Below are positions 61,000-64,000 of a stretch of 64,000 nucleotides of DNA, in pieces. The translations under genes and the position numbers were made by a program. Source of the stretch: a virus (lineage: Duplodnaviria > Heunggongvirae > Uroviricota > Caudoviricetes). Where the stretch lies: positions 5,905 to 69,904 of IMG/VR virus record IMGVR_UViG_3300021399_000001, one strand, 5' to 3'. The stretch's first letter is position 1. Each line of letters begins with the position of its first letter. The notes under the pieces were generated by a model. That model had not been told where the DNA came from and ran no database searches. It saw only the letters and a list, made by a program, of their open reading frames with translations.

Positions 61000-61606
61000 A
61001 TGAATGGATATAATATGATGAATGGAATGGGGATGTATAATCCAAATCCACAACAGGATTATTTATCACGCATGAATATGAACGTAAATAATTTCCCACG
61101 TTATGAAATTATTAAGGTGAAAGGACAAAATGGCGCTGAAGCATTTCAAATGGCGCCTAATAGCCAAGTATTACTATTAGATGAAAATGACCCATTAATC
61201 TGGTTCGTTCAAACTGATGGCGCCGGATATAAAACTGCTACACCATATTCTATTACGCCATTTCAACCGTCCCCTCCAATTGACTTAAATTCAATTGAAC
61301 AACGCCTTACGGCTTTGGAGGAAAAAATAAATGCCAAATCCTATAATGGAACAAATAAACAGCGGAAGTCCAATGTCCGCAATGAACAAGCAGACGATGC
61401 AACAAGCTAAGCAAATGTTTCGTCAATTAATGAGTATGGGTAATCCGCAAGCAATGATGAATCAAATGCTTATGAATAATCCCAATACTCAACAAGCACT
61501 TAACTTTATAAAACAAGCAGGCAATAGTCCTCAACAAGCATTTGTTAATTTAGCAAAGCAAAAAGGCATTGACCCGCAAGAATTTATGAAAGAATTAATG
61601 AGCTAG
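61000..61606 (+). CDS. Two N/Q/M-rich small proteins (61000-61410, 61331-61606)
   Basis: ORF track; low-complexity M/N/Q composition. Confidence 0.75.
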
Positions 61607-61688
61607 TAATTTTACTAGCTCTTTTATTATGTTTAAAAATCCACTTTATAAGTGGATTTTTTTATTATATAATAAAGAGGTGTCCCTT

Positions 61689-62411
61689 ATGAATGGTAAT
61701 GAAGGACTAACTGCTTCTGATGTTGCTTTACTAGCTGGCAACAATAATGATGGTTTTGGCAATGGAGGCTGGGGTGGCATGATTTGGCTATTCGCAATTC
61801 TCGCTCTTATGGGCGGCTGGGGCAATGGCGGTTTTGGTGGCAATAATTTTGCCAACGCTATTGGTTATGAAAATCTAGCTACTTCTAACGAAGTACAACG
61901 TGGTTTTGACAATCAGAATCAAATGGCTAATCAGCGTGATATTTTAGCTGCTGTTAATGCTGGTACTGCGCAGGCTGTAGCCGCTACTAATCAGGCCAAG
62001 TATGATAACATTAATGTAGCCAAAGATATTCAGGCTGCTATCATTGCCCAGATTGGTGACGTTCGCACGAATCAAATGCAACTACTAGCCAATCAGAATG
62101 ATTGCTGCTGCTCCACAAAGATGGCATTAATGGAAGGCTTCAATGGCGTAAATGCTGGCATCGCCCAGGCTCGTTATGAGAATGCTATGAATACTGCTTC
62201 CATTAATCAGACCACCAATGCTGGCGTACAGAAGATTATTGACGCTATTACTGGTAATCGTATGGCTGATATGCAGAATCAGATTGATGCTCTACAGCTA
62301 CAGAATGCTCTAAATGGCGTAGTACGCTATCCTTCTGGATGGACTTATAATGCTGGCAATAATCCTTTCTGCAACAATAACGGTTGCGGCTGTAATGGAT
62401 TCAATATGTGA
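61689..62411 (+). CDS. G/N/Q/A-rich protein with an N-terminal hydrophobic segment and coiled coil
   Basis: ATG 61689 after GAGGTG; GGWGGMIWLFAILALMGGWG; C-terminal CNNNGCGC. Confidence 0.8.
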   Translation: MNGNEGLTASDVALLAGNNNDGFGNGGWGGMIWLFAILALMGGWGNGGFGGNNFANAIGYENLATSNEVQRGFDNQNQMANQRDILAAVNAGTAQAVAATNQAKYDNINVAKDIQAAIIAQIGDVRTNQMQLLANQNDCCCSTKMALMEGFNGVNAGIAQARYENAMNTASINQTTNAGVQKIIDAITGNRMADMQNQIDALQLQNALNGVVRYPSGWTYNAGNNPFCNNNGCGCNGFNM

Positions 62412-62438
62412 TTAAACACCGAACACATTTAGTGTGTC

Positions 62439-62480
62439 TAGTTTAATGAGGCACTTGTTTTCGGACAGGTGCCTCTTTTT
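62439..62480 (+). terminator. Intrinsic terminator inside the N/Q-rich cluster
   Basis: GAGGCACTTGT-TTTCGG-ACAGGTGCCTC followed by TTTTTT. Confidence 0.75.
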
Positions 62481-62499
62481 TATTATAGGAGGAATTAAA

Positions 62500-62913
62500 A
62501 TGATTCAAGCTTATAGTGATGGCGTAACTGTCGCCGCTAATGGTACTTATCCTTTAAATAATGTTGTTTTCCTCAAAGGAAATACAGCTGTTGCCGCGGG
62601 TGCTGGTGGTATAGCTCTAACAAAACGTGGTATTTACAATGTCCATGTTAATGGTTTTGCTACTTTAGCTGACGCTGGCGATTATTCCATTCAGCTCACC
62701 CGCAATGGTGTGCCAATACCACAAGCTATTAGTACAACTACTCTTACAGCCGCGGGCTCTGCTAGTGGTGCTTTTGAAACACTAGTCGTAGTAGAAGAAA
62801 GTGATTGTCCTTGCAATTGGACTTCTGCCGCGGTAACTATTGGTGTTATTAATCCTAGTACAGTAGAAGCGACAAACGCATATATTAATGTAGTTGTTTC
62901 CAAGTTAGTGTAA
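62500..62913 (+). CDS. Beta-sandwich protein resembling BclA-CTD/C1q-like domains
   Basis: ATG 62500 after AGGAGG; GIYNVHVNG...SIQLTRNGVPIP...ETLVVV pattern. Confidence 0.55.
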   Translation: MIQAYSDGVTVAANGTYPLNNVVFLKGNTAVAAGAGGIALTKRGIYNVHVNGFATLADAGDYSIQLTRNGVPIPQAISTTTLTAAGSASGAFETLVVVEESDCPCNWTSAAVTIGVINPSTVEATNAYINVVVSKLV

Positions 62914-62926
62914 GGAGGGACAGTTT

Positions 62927-63745
62927 ATGGCTCAAAACAATCAAGAACTACAGACCCTCTACTCCGAATTAATTAACAGAATGAAGCAAGGCGTAGAGAT
63001 GCATGAGCAACTCGCGGATTATTATGCTTTCTTAAATTTGCCTGGCTATCAGAAGTGCCATGAATACCAAATGCTTTGTGAATTACTTACTTATCGTAAG
63101 GCAAAAGATATGTATATGAAGGAGTACAACCAATTAGTACAGCCTACGTATATGGTTAGCGGCATGTTATCTAATATGGCAAACAATAATAACCAGAATA
63201 ACAATAATCAAAATAACCAAAATAATATGAATAACATGACGAATATGACCAGTATGATGAATAGCGGCAAAAATTATGCTAACAATGTTATTCCTACAAA
63301 CTGGTATAGTTATACTCGTTATGATGTAGACCAGGGCACCAAGCGCACCGCAGTTAAGGATGGCTTCAAGAAGTGGCTAGAGTATGAGAAAGAAACTCGC
63401 CAGTATCTATCTCAAATGGCACAACGTTTGGAGCAGATGAATGAGCGCGAAGCCGCGCGCAAACTAGACCATCTTATTGAGCATGTAGAGAAAGAAATTG
63501 CTACTGCTGAAGATAAAATGATGAACCTTGAAAGCACTGGCTATGATATGAATTATATCTTACAACAGCAAGAAGAATTAAAGCGTCATTATGCGGACAA
63601 AATTCGCAAAATGAATGAGAAGAATGTACAATTCCGTCGTCGTGGAGATGGAAATTACGCTAATTATAGTTTCTATGATGACGATGAGGACGAGGAAGAA
63701 GAAGATAATTACAATATGCGTAACTATCGTAGATATTATCGTTAA
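62927..63745 (+). CDS. Ferritin-like four-helix protein with an N/Q-rich insert
   Basis: GVEMHEQL...HEYQMLCE...WLEYEKET...HVEKE diiron-like E/H pattern; NNNNQNNNNQNNQNN insert. Confidence 0.55.
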   Translation: MAQNNQELQTLYSELINRMKQGVEMHEQLADYYAFLNLPGYQKCHEYQMLCELLTYRKAKDMYMKEYNQLVQPTYMVSGMLSNMANNNNQNNNNQNNQNNMNNMTNMTSMMNSGKNYANNVIPTNWYSYTRYDVDQGTKRTAVKDGFKKWLEYEKETRQYLSQMAQRLEQMNEREAARKLDHLIEHVEKEIATAEDKMMNLESTGYDMNYILQQQEELKRHYADKIRKMNEKNVQFRRRGDGNYANYSFYDDDEDEEEEDNYNMRNYRRYYR

Positions 63746-63760
63746 AAGTAGGTGATAAAG

Positions 63761-64000
63761 ATGATTAGATTATTACAACGTCGTCTAATCATACCACGTG
63801 GTGATACTGGCTCTTTTACAGTACCACTATTAAGCCAAGGAAATACTGATAATATCGCAGTTTTTACTATTTTTGATGAATTAACTCGCACGAGATTATT
63901 TCAAAAAATAATACAATGTGAAGGCGACGTGATGAACGTCGTCTTCACTCATAATGATACGGTAAATTTAAAACCCGGTAAGTATTTATGGGACATTAAG
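63761..64000 (+). CDS. BppU-like N-terminal domain protein, truncated by the window edge
   Basis: MIRLLQRRLIIPRGDTGSF...HNDTVNLKPGKYLWDIK; RGDT and DT..L.PG.Y.WDI pattern. Confidence 0.55.
   Translation, partial: MIRLLQRRLIIPRGDTGSFTVPLLSQGNTDNIAVFTIFDELTRTRLFQKIIQCEGDVMNVVFTHNDTVNLKPGKYLWDIK

Noticed and set aside
2245-63000. Antisense and alternate-frame ORFs in the track (e.g. 5362-5667, 7912-8256, 16067-16591, 27136-27924, 30962-31603, 44321-44887)
   Set aside because: They shadow genes that have clear RBS, motifs and codon bias; they lack their own signals.
1-64000. tRNA, rRNA, intron/intein, reverse transcriptase, retron or DGR
   Set aside because: No cloverleaf or T-loop pattern, RT motif, VR/TR pair or interrupted core gene was recognised by eye; a tRNAscan or Infernal run would be needed to be certain.

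Overview
64 kb of a large, AT-rich tailed dsDNA phage of a Bacillota (probably Clostridia) host, inferred from sigmaA-type TTGACA-17-TATAAT promoters and GGAGG/GAAAGG ribosome-binding sites. (1) 1-14.5 kb, minus strand: siphovirus head-neck-tail module whose gene order and sizes resemble the SPbeta yonJ/G-yomU block (terminase, portal, protease/scaffold, decoration, major capsid, neck, tail tube). It has a second tail-tube paralog and an in-frame TGA-separated tail-tube extension. (2) 14.7-16.7 kb: GC-rich divergent operon with a long structured leader and repeated GNRA hairpins. (3) 16.8-34.1 kb, the main finding: an array of about 45 small gene or ncRNA cassettes (promoter, RBS, ORF, terminator) punctuated by 33 copies of a 32-bp palindrome, GTWAATTASA-N4-ACGT-N4-TSTAATTWAC. 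The palindrome sits exactly 11 or 22 bp from the -35 box in either direction, and also persists between convergent terminators where there is no promoter. This suggests both a regulatory role and a role as a cassette inversion/shuffling boundary. A second cassette class carries a covarying AAGGRAAA-loop 5' hairpin. (4) 34.1-37 kb: SF2 helicase-like gene flanked by AT-rich, repeat- and hairpin-rich DNA (candidate origin). (5) 37-60.7 kb: accessory genes for RNA/tRNA repair, NAD salvage, a vWA/AdSS-like trio, kinases and many Zn-ribbon microproteins. (6) 61-64 kb: a five-gene N/Q/M-rich cluster and a BppU-like gene. All calls come from manual reading of motifs; no database search or computation was run.
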